A DNA stretch of 64,000 nt from the NCBI GenBank assembly GCA_964019425.1, contig OZ025804.1, forward strand, positions 1,116,001 through 1,180,000. The letters run 5' to 3'. Source of the DNA: Flectonema sp. DT1601. Its lineage: Eukaryota. Numbering within the stretch: position 1 is the stretch's first letter; every line of letters starts with the position of its first letter. Positions 11,201-24,466 of the stretch are shown here, piece after piece. The translations under genes were made by a program, and so were the position numbers. The notes under the pieces were generated by a model, which saw only the letters and a list, made by a program, of their open reading frames with translations, was not told where the DNA came from and made no database searches.

Positions 11201-13933
11201 ATGTGATCAGTGGTAACTCCATTTTGTCCGATTGAAGCCCTCAAATCATCAGGCAACAACGAGTGATATAAACAAATAAAAATTATCATCCTGTCAACTA
11301 AAAACTTTTTAGGCAATCAACAGACAGCAAAAACAGATATCATGAGGCTGTCATTTCCTCTCCACTTACGAAAACTGCCTGACTTGAAGTTGTTCGGTGG
11401 AAAGGGCGGACATGGAAGTTGGCATGCTGGATTTATCCTCCAACGCCAGGCTGAACAGCAGAAGAACAAAAATATGATCAGTGGTAACTCCATTTTGTCC
11501 GATTGAAGCCCTCAAATCATCAGGCAACAACGAGTGATATAAACAAAAAAAGATTATCATCCTGTCAACGAAAAACTTTTTAGGCAACGAACAAACAGTA
11601 AAAACAGACAACATGAGGCTGCCATTTCCTCTACGAAAACTGGCGATGGAGTTGACCGAAGGTGGCGGACATGGAACTGGATTTACCCTCCAACGTCAGA
11701 GGCTGTTGAAGACCGACGAGGCTGAACAGCAGAAGAACAAAAATATGATCAGTGGTAACTCCATTTTGTCCGATTGAAGCCCTCAAATCATCAGGCAACA
11801 ACGAGTGATATAAACAAATAAAAATTATCATCCTGTCAACGAAAGACTTTTTAGGCAATCAACAGACAGCAAAAACAGATATCATGAGGCTGCCATTTCC
11901 TCTCCACTTACGAAAACTGCCTGACCGAAGTTGTTCGGGGGAAAGGGCGGACATGGAAGTTGGCATGCTGGACTTTCCCTCCAACGCCAGAGGCTGTTGA
12001 AGACCGACGAGGCTGAACAGCAGAAGAACAAGAATATGATCAGTGGTAACTCCATTTTGTCCGATTGAAGCCCTCAAATCATCAGGCAACAACGAGTGAT
12101 ATAAACAAATAAAAATTATCATCCTGTCAACGAAAGACTTTTTAGGCAACCAACAGACAGCAAAAACAGACATCATGAGGCTGCCATTTCCTCTCCACTT
12201 ACGAAAACTGCCTGACCGAAGTTGTTCGGTGGAAAGGGCGGACATGGAAGTTGGCATGCTGGATTTATCCTCCAAAGCCAGAGGCTGTTGAAGACCGACG
12301 AGGCTGAACAGCAGAAGAACAAAAATGTGATCAGTGGTAACTCCATTTTGTCCGATTGAAGCCCTCAAATCATCAGGCAACAACGAGTGATATAAACAAA
12401 TAAAAATTATCATCCTGTCAACGAAAAACTTTTTAGGCAATCAACAGACAGCAAAAACAGATATCATGAGGCTGCCATTTCCTCTCCACTTACGAAAACT
12501 GCCTGACCGAAGTTGTTCGGTGGAAAGGGCGGACATGGAAGTTGGCATGCTGGATTTATCCTCCAAAGCCAGAGGCTGTTGAAGACCGACGAGGCTGAAC
12601 AGCAGAAGAACAAAAATGTGATCAGTGGTAACTCCATTTTGTCCGATTGAAGCCCTCAAATCATCAGGCAACAACGAGTGATATAAACAAATAAAAATTA
12701 TCATCCTGTCAACGAAAAACTTTTTAGGCAACCAACAGACAGCAAAAACAGACATCATGAGGCTGCCATTTCCTCTCCACTTACGAAAACTGCCTGACCT
12801 GAAGTTGTTCGGTGGAAAGGGCGGACATGGAAGTTGGCATGCTGGATTTACCCTCCAACGCCAGAGGCTGTTGAAGACCGACGAGGCTGAACAGAAGAAG
12901 AACAAGAATATGATCAGTGGTAACTCCATTTTGTCCGATTGAAGCCCTCAAATCATCAGGCAACAACGAGTGATATAAACAAAAAAAGATTATCATCCTG
13001 TCAACGAAAAACTTTTTAGGCAACGAACAGACAGCAAAAACAGACATCATGAGCCTGCCATTTCCTCTACGAAAACTGGCGATGGAGTTGACCGAAGGTG
13101 GCGGACATGGAACTGGATTTACCCTCCAACGCCAGAGGCTGTTGAAGACCGACGAGGCTGAACAGCAGAAGAACAAGAATGTGATCAGTGGTAACTCCAT
13201 TTTGTCCGATTGAAGCCCTCAAATCATCAGGCAACAACGAGTGATATAAACAAATAAAAATTATCATCCTGTCAACGAGGAGTCAACAAAACTGTTTCAC
13301 TAAACCACAAGACACACCTGGAACTTCTGCTGCAGATGGCGCTGAGTTCGCGATTGAGGGCTTCATGATTTCCTGTGATGACGGATATCTTTTGATCAAC
13401 TTCAACAACTAATTCTGAACTCTCAACAATATGAGTCCCGCTGACTAAAGTATTCTTTTCGGATAATACAACAGCAGAGTATCCCTGTTGGTGTTCTCTC
13501 CCATCGCTGTTACTATTTGGAAAGATGTAATTATTGAAATTACTCTCCGGTTCAAAAGATTTTGATGAGACAATTTGATCTAACTCTCCTGGTTCATCAT
13601 CATCAGAGTGGTGATGTTGATGTTGATGTTGGTGTTCATCTATAGAATTATTATCTGCTGCATTAGTACCGTACACGAGTCGAACTTGTTTTTCCAAAGC
13701 TGATATTTCAGAATTGGAAATGTCGGTTGAGGACCAACTGTTTGATTGTTTTTTATTAATTTCATAAATTAACTTTTTTTTAAGATTATTAAAAAGATAA
13801 CATACACTTCACTGTTAAGTATCCCTCCGTCAGGTGAGGTGGAGTTATCCAGATTAGGATTCACAATCAGTTCCTCAGAGTGTCTCCTTCTCAGTAAAGG
13901 TTCTGGACTGATCCCGGCAAACTCGCTCACCAT
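8295..13933 (-). CDS. Six-exon low-complexity (acidic, then Ser/Arg/Pro-rich) hypothetical protein
   Basis: Exons ~13933-13806, 13737-13318, 11115-10682, 10623-10553, 9898-9684 and 9567-8295 splice in frame at GT..AG boundaries (phases checked by hand). No recognisable domain. Confidence 0.6.
9980..10435 (-). pseudogene. Fragment of a cysteine-rich repeat (surface-protein-like) gene inside an intron
   Basis: Repeats such as CCDITCSSHTC...C.G..C.D..CC and CCEAICATVHTC; no ATG or signal peptide; last repeat degenerate. Lies within predicted intron 10552-9899. Confidence 0.5.
11194..13278. repeat. Intronic tandem repeat, ~7 units of ~271-292 bp
   Basis: The marker TAGGCAA recurs at ~11310, 11581, 11852, 12143, 12434, 12725 and 13017. 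Two unit subtypes; starts and ends mid-unit; lies inside intron 13317-11116. Confidence 0.95.
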
Positions 13934-14119
13934 ACACCAGAGTAATGTAACCAACACCCTGAGAGAGAGAAAAGTTAGTTACTACTCAAAAAAAAAAAAA
14001 AAAAAAAAAACCAATAATGGTCAATAAACATAAAAAAAGACAGTAGAAACTGTTTTTTTTTTTTTAAATATAACAAAACAAAAACAAAAACAAAACCAAC
14101 CCCCTTCGTGTAATTAGAC

Positions 14120-14875
14120 TCACGCTAGTATTCCATAAGGTAAGTCTTCTTCAGGTGGGAACTTAAACATAAAATATTGCAACACCTCATAATCAAATGA
14201 GAGGGTATCAATGACAAGAAGCAGCTGATCTGTTGGCATTTCTTGAAGCTGTCGACGAATACGTGTCGGTAGATTAGAATGAGTAGCCTTCGCGTCTTGA
14301 AGCACAGCCGTGAATTGCTCTGCAGAAACGCGAATCTCACGCATCAGATCGAGAAAGGCGAGTCGAGTGTTTTCCATTTCGCGATTGCAAAGTTGTTTTG
14401 CAGTCTCGCGATCGTCAACAACATCTTCCATGACTCCGTGAATAACTGAGTTGATGTCTTTTATTAATTTCTTTTGTAAATCATCAATTCGATTACACAC
14501 AACTTCCTTCACATGTCGATGATCAATTCTGACGTCTCTCAACTTCTCTTCGAGGACTTCCTTCGCTCCAGTTGTGTGTTTTAGTGAAGCTTTTATTTCA
14601 GAGAGTTCATTCTCTATCTTTTCTTGGGTGAGAAGTTGTTGTTTTTCCAACTCCTTGTGACGAGACATTGATATTGATAACTCATTACTGCTGTCAACGT
14701 ATTCCTGTAGTTGTTGTAAAAGGATCGATTGCGATTCGAATTCCACGTGAAACTTTATCTCATCTCTGACACTTGTTTCTTCTTCCTCAAACCTTTCTCG
14801 ATCACGTCGACGTCCTTCCTCCCACGCTTCAATCTTTGCCTGCTTAAGAGCTTCTCTCTTATTCTGTTTCCCCAT
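14120..14875 (-). CDS. Coiled-coil hypothetical protein
   Basis: Open ~250-aa E/K/R/Q-rich helical ORF; likely start MGKQ at 14875 (ORF is open to 14914). Confidence 0.7.
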   Translation of the reverse strand: MGKQNKREALKQAKIEAWEEGRRRDRERFEEEETSVRDEIKFHVEFESQSILLQQLQEYVDSSNELSISMSRHKELEKQQLLTQEKIENELSEIKASLKHTTGAKEVLEEKLRDVRIDHRHVKEVVCNRIDDLQKKLIKDINSVIHGVMEDVVDDRETAKQLCNREMENTRLAFLDLMREIRVSAEQFTAVLQDAKATHSNLPTRIRRQLQEMPTDQLLLVIDTLSFDYEVLQYFMFKFPPEEDLPYGILA

Positions 14876-15106
14876 TGAAGTCTGTATGAGGGAAGTAAGT
14901 GAAATACACAACATGAGGAGAGAAAAAAAGAAAAAACAAAACGATCAAAATCTATTAAGGAACGTGAGATAACTGTAAAGTATCACAAAGTAACCTTTAA
15001 TAAGAATAATAAGAATAATAAGAATAATAAAAAATAAAAAAAAAACTACCCGGAGAGAAAAGTTCAGATGACTCTCCTTGACCAATAGCGGTGTAAATAA
15101 AAAAAA

Positions 15107-16156
15107 TTATTTTTTAATGATCCAAATATCAATCTTGTTGTGAGGCATTTCAACAGAAGCATTCTCATCTACGAAACCTAAATCTATTAAAGCGTTGGGC
15201 AGTTGATCTCTTACTATTGAACCAATATTCACAATCGATCCACTTCGTAGTAAACTCCCGGCAAGCGGTTGTGAGATTAGAGCACAAGCCTCATCTAATG
15301 TGGAGATTTTTAAAGAAAACAAAACATCCGTAAATTCAGGAACCAGGTTCGTTGAAGAAATAAACTTCTCAATAACCGACGACGGGTTGCAATCCCCATA
15401 TTCTGATTCACTCGGAAGCAGATAATCAAACAGAGAATACAACGGAAGAGAAGGATCAAAAACCGCCACCAACATCACTCCCGACTCAGACAACACCCTA
15501 AACGATTCGTTAAGACTGACGAGCATTGATTGCTCCGTTAAAATAGAATCCAATACAAAACAACAAGTGACTAATTGAAACACTGAATCATCATAAGGTA
15601 ACGATGTAGGCATTGCCGTGTCAATTCTTACTTTTGATCCGGAAGACCTTATCAAAGATTTACAATGTTGTTCTACAGAAGATGGCACCACACAAGTAAT
15701 ATCAACATTTGGAACTGATTGGAATAGTGAGATGGACAAGTGAGCAGAGAGAGCCACGTCGAGGATCGAAAACTCGTCTGTTCGATATTTCGGAAGTAGC
15801 CCTTTACATATTTGACTGAGTTCAATAAAAACATCGTCAGGTACTATCCCGCCATCCCATACAGCATATTGATTACCCTCAGATAGATTGCTGCCACGGG
15901 TTGAACTGGATAGTGTTCGTGGCCATTTTACGAGTCCATTTGTCGCTCCAAATCCCAGTTTTGAATTCAACTTCGCTGTAGAACAAAATTTTGATTTCCG
16001 AGTTGAGATTCCATTCTCCCGTCCTTTCTTCTCTCTCAACAAGTCGGCGATGAATTCACGTGGCCTGTCCGGTTTTGAGGAAACGAGAGCTGACACGATT
16101 TTATCGACCAATTGTGGGATCCGCATCCCTTCTAAGTATTCTCTCCCTCCGTTCAT
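15107..16156 (-). CDS. RIIa/Dpy-30-like docking domain fused to a class I SAM-methyltransferase-like domain
   Basis: N-terminal EYLEGMRIPQLVDKIVSALVSSKPDRPREFIADLL; later ILDV, LPYDDSVFQLVTCCFVL and FRVLSESG. The motif I glycines are degenerate, so it may be inactive. Confidence 0.7.
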   Translation of the reverse strand: MNGGREYLEGMRIPQLVDKIVSALVSSKPDRPREFIADLLREKKGRENGISTRKSKFCSTAKLNSKLGFGATNGLVKWPRTLSSSTRGSNLSEGNQYAVWDGGIVPDDVFIELSQICKGLLPKYRTDEFSILDVALSAHLSISLFQSVPNVDITCVVPSSVEQHCKSLIRSSGSKVRIDTAMPTSLPYDDSVFQLVTCCFVLDSILTEQSMLVSLNESFRVLSESGVMLVAVFDPSLPLYSLFDYLLPSESEYGDCNPSSVIEKFISSTNLVPEFTDVLFSLKISTLDEACALISQPLAGSLLRSGSIVNIGSIVRDQLPNALIDLGFVDENASVEMPHNKIDIWIIKK

Positions 16157-16992
16157 TTGTTTTATCAAAAACCTGAAATACAATAAATTTAAGTTTACAG
16201 ATCACCGGTTGTAAATAATTTTTTTTTTTTAAAAAAAAAAAAAAAAAGAAAGAAAGACAACAAAACAAACAATTGAAAATATCCGAACCTAATAACCCAC
16301 CACATATTGTTAATCAAAGAAAATTACGTTTAGAAAAAAGAAAACATAAAAAAGAGAAAACTATATTTTTTGTCTTACTGACCAGAAGACGTTGTCGAAT
16401 CTGGTAATTCGGGGACCACGTACTAACAGGTGAGCGTCCCATGCGAGAAGGGGGGTTGAATGTTTGAATTTGTAAAATACAACTGTTTTTGTATCGTATA
16501 ACATAGCGATAGTTTAACATCTGTTAAGGATACAGAGGGGGGGGATCGAAGGGGAGGGAGATAAACAAAACGTTCCTATCCCAAACATCATTACTTCAAG
16601 ACAATAGTCCCAAAGTTAGCAATGAGTGGGATAACTTCAACGACAGAAGAAAATTAAAAAAAAAAAAAAAAAAAAAAAAAGTTAATTTTTATGTTTTTTT
16701 AGGAGGGAAAAGATTTTTACCATTTATTTTAAAAAAAAATAAAAAAAAATACACAGCCATAGCCTAAAAGGAAAATACAATGTGAGAAGGTGACTGACAA
16801 TATGATTGAACATAAATTATTCATTAACTGAACCACGTGACAGGGGGAAATACAAACACCTCGAGGAAGATTTGAGCGCTATGGTCATTACAGTTGTTCG
16901 TGCCTGTGAGGGTCAGCAAGAATTATTGCCTGGCTTTTTTTTTTTTACGTTTTCACAGCCAACTCATACAACTTGATACTAATATTAAATGG

Positions 16993-17190
16993 AAAGCAAC
17001 TTGAAACTGGCAAAAACGAGAATAGGGTTCGGCCAAACCTGGTTGCAATAAAAGAAATCAACAGTTGGTATCGATAAAAAATCCCATATGTGCTGTCGAA
17101 TATGGGGATTCGGGGGCCACGTACTACAGGTTGAGCGCCCCATGCTCTGTAGCCCGTTACAGCTTAAAATAGTATTCCTTCACACTTTAA
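16993..17190. repeat. Dispersed short interspersed element copy carrying a structured motif
   Basis: Near-collinear with 19471-19667 (aaagcaacttgaaactggc...ttacagcttaaa). Core also at 16411-16445 and 27422-27475. Confidence 0.8.
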
Positions 17191-18314
17191 AGGTAAATAA
17201 ATATTAAAGGAAAATTTAAAAAAAAGAAAACTGGGGAGGGGGGGAAAAAAATAAAATAAAATAACTAAAAATAACTAAAAATAAAATACCCTCCCTTGGG
17301 TATTTTTTTAAGATACCTGCTGAAGCTGAAATAGCCGCCACTTATATTTCTACCTCCTTCTTTGCTACTTGTTGATTATTTGTTATTTTTTTTTTTTTTT
17401 TTTTTTAAATTTCTAAGAATAAGTTCTCAGATTATACAATCAACTGTTAAAAAATAAAATATAAAAAAAAAAACCATAGTTCAGGACATGACGTTTTTTT
17501 CCATTGGAAAGAGAAAAAATAATAAATAATCAGGGAAGAATTATTCCTAATGCCCCCCTCGCAGCTGTTTCCAAGAAATCAGAAAATACTATATTATGGC
17601 ACAGCTATTGGGAAACCATCGATCTTTAAGCACAATTAACTGGCCTGGTTAATTACTTCTATGAGGGAAAGAATTCATGCTTCTCGTGGTCTTCCCATTG
17701 AAAAAGACTAACTCGAAAATTCACAAAAAAAAAAAAAAAAAAAGTTATCGGCTCTCATATTTATCACACTTTTTCGAGTGAATTTTTTTTCTTCTTTTTT
17801 TTTTCTCGCAACAATAGATTTAGTTATCCAGTCGTGACAATTAGTTCCTTTTTTTTTTTCTTTTTTTTTTTTACATTTAACACAAGTACTTACTTAAGAG
17901 CTTAAACAGCACACGTAAACCTCCTTTAGTTTCTCAGTTTAGTCGGTTCACGGGATTCGTGTACAAACCCAAACATCAGCGCACATGATGGGATTCGTTT
18001 CTATTTTCTGTGTAGTTTAAAGTCAACCGGTCCAAAAAAATAAAATTTTTCATCTTAAGGGAGTTTAACACCAGAATTTGAAGTTCCTTTTTTATTTTAT
18101 TTTATATCCCACCGACAAAATCGGAGAAGAAACTATTCAGATTAAGAGCCTGTTTATTTACTATGTTCAAATGTTATTATTTTCCGTGTGCCGCCAGTAA
18201 TACTGTCTGGCGATCAACAAAATATATATAAGGCTTTATCTTGAATGGTTTTTTTTTTTTTTGTTTTTTTTCCCCCTCCTCTCCTCCCAAAACCATTACA
18301 TTTTTTTATCTTCA

Positions 18315-18360
<46 letters not shown>

Positions 18361-19470
18361 ATAGTTTAGTACCATAAGTAGAACAAATCAAGTGAGGAAA
18401 AATGTTCTCAGAGAAATTAAGGCTGAAAGAGAAAAAACCTAAACCTAATTATTATTGATTTATCCATATTACGTAATTGCTTCTTTGGAAAGGAAACCAC
18501 AAGTAATGTGGAGAAAAAAAGAATTCCTCGTTGATTCAGAGTCGTGTGTGAAATTGATTTTTTTTATTCCTCACAAGGGATAATTCCTTTTTTACAATAT
18601 AAAAAAAAAAAAATAATAATAAATAAAAAATATAAAAAATCCAAGGAAAAGAGAAACTGAGGGGGTGAACAAATCGTACAGCCGCCTGAAGAGAATAACA
18701 AAAAGTTGACAAATCAGCTAGCTAAGCGACTTGTAGAATTCTATACCGATTAGAATTTTTCTCAAAAGGCAGTTTTTTCGTGTGAAAGAACGAGAAAGAA
18801 AGCGAAAGAGAAAAGAGAGAGAGAGAAAGAGACACCCAAACTACTCGTTTTTTTTTTTTTTTTTTCCAGGACCGTTACATATAAAGTTAATTGTAGTGGC
18901 GGGGGAGGTACTTTGATGCTGCATTTTTTAATCTCGAAGGAACAATAATTTCTCCCGACAATCGACCGTTAGTATATGACTGCAAATAAATAAATAATGC
19001 GCACGTGAACATAGTTGAGCGCCCACTTGCCTATGTTACCGTAACAGTTTCTTCTTATAACTCGGGGGTAATTTGATCGGGTGAAAAAAAGATTTTCCGC
19101 TCTACAAAAGAAACATATATGTGGGGAAAAGAAGGGAGGAAAAAAAAAAAAAAAGGGAAGAAACGGTGCCGTCAACTATCTGAGTAATTTGATAGTATTT
19201 TTAAAACTCAACAAAGGGAACAACAATTTCTCCCGACGATCTTGACTGTCAGTAAGTGATCAGCCAATTATCCTGCGGGGGGTTGACTGTTTGATTTCGT
19301 ACGTAAAATACAACTGTTTTATCTGATTAACATTACGATAAAGGATAGGGCGATGATAAACTTTAGCCTTTTGTAACTATTTACGTTTCGAGAGTAATCT
19401 AATGTACCTCGTTACTTCTATTCCCTCTCATCAGTATGCAGGGGGTGTAACTTGATACGATGATTAAATA

Positions 19471-19667
19471 TAAAGCAACTTGAAACTGGCTAAAACGAAT
19501 ATAGGGTTCGGTCAAACCTGATTGCAATGAAAAGAGAACAACAGTTGGTATCGATAAAACATCACATGTGTGAATATGGGGATTCGGGGGGTCACGTACT
19601 ACAGGTTGAGCACCCCATGTTCTGTAGCCCCGTTACAGCTTAAAAATTAGTATTTCTTTACACATTT
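19471..19667. repeat. Second copy of the dispersed short element
   Basis: Matches 16993-17190; the neighbouring 19278-19340 resembles 16451-16510. Confidence 0.8.
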
Positions 19668-20406
19668 CGAAATCAAATAAAAATTTGAGAAAAAACTTAT
19701 TTCTAATTTTTGGCCACCCGCAGAGTTATAACAGTGCACCCATCCCTCAAAAAAAAATATTAAAAAAAATAAAAAATAAAAAATTGCAACGTAATAACGA
19801 AAACAATAATCCAACATACATAATCAAAAGATTGAAATATAGTTTTTTTTGTTTTTTTGTTTTCACAAGAAGGGAAGAAGGGTATCAAGCTTCACATCAT
19901 CCTACATCCCTTTCAGGACTTCCAACAAGGTGCGGATGATGACAACACTGCCAAGCAAATCGCAGCTGGGGGCACCAATACTAACAAAACGTTTGATCAG
20001 TAAAAGAGTATTCTCGCAAATTGTTCGTTTTTTTTTTTTTTTTTTTTAAAATCACTAAGTTACTACTCACGAAGGTGTTATATTATAGGGGAGAGGAAAG
20101 GGGGGCTACACAATTATAAAAAACACAAAAAGAGAAGGGAAAAAAAAAGAGGAGGAAAAAAAAAGGATTAAGGTATTTATAAAAATAAAATAACAAAAAA
20201 AATAGCGTCGCATCATAAAAAAAAAAAAAAAAAAAAAAAGGGACAGATATTAAATCATGGAGTTTTTATTTTGTTGTATCTCATAAATTATGATTCGATA
20301 ATTCGACATCCAGATTGAGTAGAATAAGGTGCACACGACTCGTGATTTTTTTTTTTTTTTTAAATCTTTTTTTCCCTTGAGTCCTCCGACATTCAACAAC
20401 AAGAGA

Positions 20407-22561
20407 TTATTCACTTTGACTACCAACTGTCGATTCTAGTGCTGCTTCACTGATTTGTAACTCTTCAGCACCCAAAGCTTCTAACTGTTTACGTAGAGCT
20501 GCAGTCTTACCTGTCGGTGCGTAAGGAACAGAAGGAGGAGTGTAACTTGGAGAATCTCGTTGGTCGTTTTCAACAACTGGAGACACGTCATCCATTAGAA
20601 GTCGAGGTCCCATTTCACTGTCTTCTTCGATTTCAGTTTGACGTTGGCGTTGCAAAAAATAAGTTACCGGAATAATTAATATTGTGATCAACATTAAACT
20701 CCAACCAATTGCCTGAAATCCAGGTCCGTAAGGATCCTGTTCCGATTGCGAATACGGTTTTAGGCAATCAGTTACAAAAAGTGTTCCTAATAAAACAGTA
20801 CAAACACACGGAGCAACCCAAACCAAACAATGTCTTATAAATCTAGGTAATTCTCGACCTCTTCCGTTGTTTATGTGATTTAAACCAGTAGTAGCCAATT
20901 GAACATTCGTTGCGAGGACTTCCCACGTGACATCCCATGCGAACATATAACACTCAAGTGAACACACAATAAGCATCGTGTACGTAGTGACGTAGTGGTC
21001 AACAATATCTAAAAGAGAGAAACCACCACTTGTACAGAATACCAACCCAACAAGAAACAGCGACAGTACAATAATTGCGAGGAGTCCTCTTCGTTCGAGG
21101 GATCTGTTTGTTTTTGTTTTTGTTTTTGCTTTTTAAATGCAGGGAAGAAACCACATGTTAGTACAGTTCTGTTACTTTTTTTTTCAACGTGATAAAAGAT
21201 AAAACAACATACGATCCAAATTTCCCTTTTCCGTCAGAAATATAGTAATCCTCAAAATATGTTACCAAAGTCTCAACTCCCGCGAAAGCAGTATCAAGAC
21301 CCAAACAATAACACATCGCAAACAAAACAAATGAAAAGAATCCCGACGACGATCCAAAAGTTGCCAAACCCTCAGCCAATGCAACGAATGCCATTCCAGG
21401 TCCGTTAGACGTCGCTAACGATTCGACTAAGTCGGAATTACAATTTTCGACATCCATTTCCTTACATCGTTCGTTTGCAACGTAACCAATAATTGAAAAC
21501 ACCGTTAACCCAGCAACAAGACTGAATGTGGTATTTATAACAATTACAATGACATTGATGCGATATATATCTTCCTTAGATCTCATGTAACTAGCAAGTG
21601 TGATTGATGTCCCAGGTAAAAACAACAACGTGAACAAAGTCTGTGAACACGCCTCTGCCCACATAACCGGATCTGCAAATTTCACTACGTCAAAACGACC
21701 AATGAAATAAGCGATACCAGTACCTGCACCTTCAAGAAAAAGACTTCTTATACACAATAAACAAATTAAAATAACTGGAAATCCCACTGTGACATAAGTA
21801 ACCTTAGCACTAATACTTATTCCTTTATAAACTGAAGCAGCAATAATGCCGTATGACACCAAGAGGCCCGATACCAAGAACCATTGAATACTACCTAAAG
21901 ATTCCGCTGGGCCTGTATGGTCTTTTCCGAGAACACTAATTTCCCAGTAGTACTGTGCTGCGGTTGTGTTTGCAGGAACATATGGTCCCAATGCTTCTCT
22001 AGACCATGGAAGAGGTGTTACAAAACTATTAACAAGATAAACGGAACAATACGACAGCAACACGGAGTAGTAAGTTTGAACAATAAAGAGAGCAAACACA
22101 CAAGAGTAACCAACTCCTATCCATCGTGGGTTTATTTCACGATATACATAGACCGTTGATTTTCTCATTGTCTGTCCATAAGCGAGTTCCAACAAGTAGA
22201 CGGGATGAGCTACAAATAACAAACATATCGCATATGCGAGTATGAATGAAAGTCCTCCAAACTTACCAACTAAATATGGAAATCTCCATAAATTCCCGAG
22301 TCCAACGGCGTATCCAACGAGTACTATGATGGACTCATTGGTTTCGATTCCCTCTCCTCGTTGAAATTTCAACCCTGCTTCTATGAATTTTTCATTTTCT
22401 TCTTTTAGTAAGATGTATTCTGATTCTTCTTCCGCAGGAAGTCCAGAAGATTCTCTTTTTGTTACCAATTCTCTTAATCTATTGTCTTTCTCTCGCGACC
22501 ACCCTGCCATTCCTTCTCTGTTTACTTCATTTTCGCGAATACGATTAGGAGCGGCAGGCAT
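20407..22561 (-). CDS. SLC6/NSS sodium:neurotransmitter symporter family transporter, two exons
   Basis: Signature GYAVGLGNLWRFPYL..K.GG..F, LELAYGQ, W.EACSQ, GPGMAFV, LGLDTAF. Intron 21212-21104 (GTATGT..CAG) joins the two ORFs in frame. Confidence 0.93.
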
Positions 22562-22852
22562 CTCCTTCTTTTAGGGTTTACTTGGTCCCCGTGTCTGATA
22601 AAAAAATGAATTTAAAAAAAAGAACTACAAACGGGAAAACTAAATTTATGGTTCCAACAAAACGCTCTTCTTACAGCTCACAGTTTTTGATGAAGTCCTG
22701 GTTGGGTTTAAAAAAATAAATAAATAAATTTACTTTCATTTCTTTTTTTTTTTTTTTTTTTTTTTTTTTCCAAAACAAGAAGAATTAAACGAAAATAATT
22801 ATTACAAATTAAATACAGCCAAAGATGAACTACTGGATAACGAAAGAGAATA

Positions 22853-22891
<39 letters not shown>

Positions 22892-23049
22892 ATCTAAAAC
22901 TTTTTAAGAAAATACTACTCCCAAGAAATACCAAAACCGTTATAATCTCGTGAGGTGGAAAAAAAAGGAGATGTGGATTTTTCATTTTAGAAAAGGAAAC
23001 TCGGGTAATAAGTTAGTAACAGATATCAAAAACGTTCTCTCTGTCCTTA

Positions 23050-23880
23050 TCATTGCAGCCTGAGATCTATATTAAGCTGTGGTAATTGTTCATTACAGCG
23101 CTGCATTTGCCCAAATGCCGATTCGATTATTTTACTCAGCCGTTCATTCTCAGACCGAAGGTCCACAATTTCAGCTGCAGATCCGAAACTGATGTGTCGT
23201 CTGCTGTTGTCTGCAGCAGCCTGTTCCTTAATAAAGGAAAATAAAGACTTGTCACTTCTGTTTAGAGAGAGTACGTGAGTCGTGAGGTTGGCAAGCTGCT
23301 GTTTTAGACGGTCATTGTCAGCCGCAAGCTCAGCACTTTGCAAAGAGCATTCTTTTGTTATTGTCGACAGTTTTTCAAAATCCTTCACGAATTCCATAAT
23401 CAAAGAAGATGGATAAACACTTTTTTTTGTTGCTTCAGACACCTGTCTCGCAGTCAAGCCTTCAATAAGTTCACTTTGTTGAAGCCGACTGCGATCAGAA
23501 CTTCTCAGCCTGTCGGAGAGATTTTTATTCTCCGATTGTAAATTAGAGATGTCTTCCTCGTGATTTTCACTTTCCTGATATTTTTGTTGTTGCAGTTTAT
23601 TAATATCCCCCTCTAAGTGTTTGATCAAATCAGAGAGTCTCTTAACTTTTTGTTCTAAACCGTCAACCTTTGTTGTAGCCTTCCTCCCCATCAATACCGC
23701 GTCTTCTAATTTGACGTGTGTTTCTTCACTGTCTGCTCTCTCTTTATTTAAACTCATCTCTGTTTCAGTTAGCTTGTTCGTTAAAATTTCATTATCTCTG
23801 ATCAGTCTCTGACATTCCAAATTGAGACGACAGTTCTCACGTTCGGAGAGTTGAAGATCAGCAAGACCCTCCTCATCCAT
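23050..23880 (-). CDS. Coiled-coil hypothetical protein, 276 aa
   Basis: Intact heptad-rich ORF, co-oriented with its neighbours. Confidence 0.7.
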   Translation of the reverse strand: MDEEGLADLQLSERENCRLNLECQRLIRDNEILTNKLTETEMSLNKERADSEETHVKLEDAVLMGRKATTKVDGLEQKVKRLSDLIKHLEGDINKLQQQKYQESENHEEDISNLQSENKNLSDRLRSSDRSRLQQSELIEGLTARQVSEATKKSVYPSSLIMEFVKDFEKLSTITKECSLQSAELAADNDRLKQQLANLTTHVLSLNRSDKSLFSFIKEQAAADNSRRHISFGSAAEIVDLRSENERLSKIIESAFGQMQRCNEQLPQLNIDLRLQ

Positions 23881-24092
23881 ACTTTCTGTCTGATTACTTG
23901 AAAAAAAAAATTTTAAATAATAAAATACTTAAATTTTTAAATATAAGATAACAAACACGTGTAAAATATTTTTTTGTGTCCGTCACAAAATCCTAATAAA
24001 GGGAATAGCTTAGTTAGCGCTGTCACAATTATCTTTCTACCAAACAATGGGTTTGTAGGTAGTTAACTTCACTCCTTGAGTAGAATCACCCT

Positions 24093-24466
24093 CTACGGTA
24101 ATGCTTTCGGATCGGGTGCATTCCACCAGTAACAACTGTCATCGTTTATACAACTCTGTCTGTTTGTTGTTTGATTTTCTTCTAGATTGATACACTCTAG
24201 GTGGAGGAAGCTGAGTAAACATACTTCTTTCCCCTGTGCATAAGACAAGATGATATATCAACTTCATCTTCACTGTGAGTTGCCTTGCAGTATCCTCCGT
24301 AATTTCTAATGTCATGATGAACCTTCGCGAATACCTTAAAACTCATAGCAGGGGGTTTAGCACTTGCAGTGCTCATAGTTGATGTGTAATCTGATGACAA
24401 TAATAATGCAGTTTGCTAACTCACCTTACCGAGACAAAGAATGTTTTGTTGTATAAATAACAACAT
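24093..24466 (-). CDS. Possible small spliced Cys-containing protein
   Basis: ORF 24197-24400 has a GTATGT donor after HRGK; splicing to aaacag| gives ...KQSCINDDSCYWWNAPDPKALP*. The 5' exon is ambiguous. Confidence 0.35.

Noticed and set aside
12290..12380. Hammerhead-like strings in the 291-bp repeat (CCGACGAG-stem-AGAAG; minus-strand CTGATGA-stem-CGGAC)
   Set aside because: Required CUGANGA plus GAAA core not both present; stems I and III not found.
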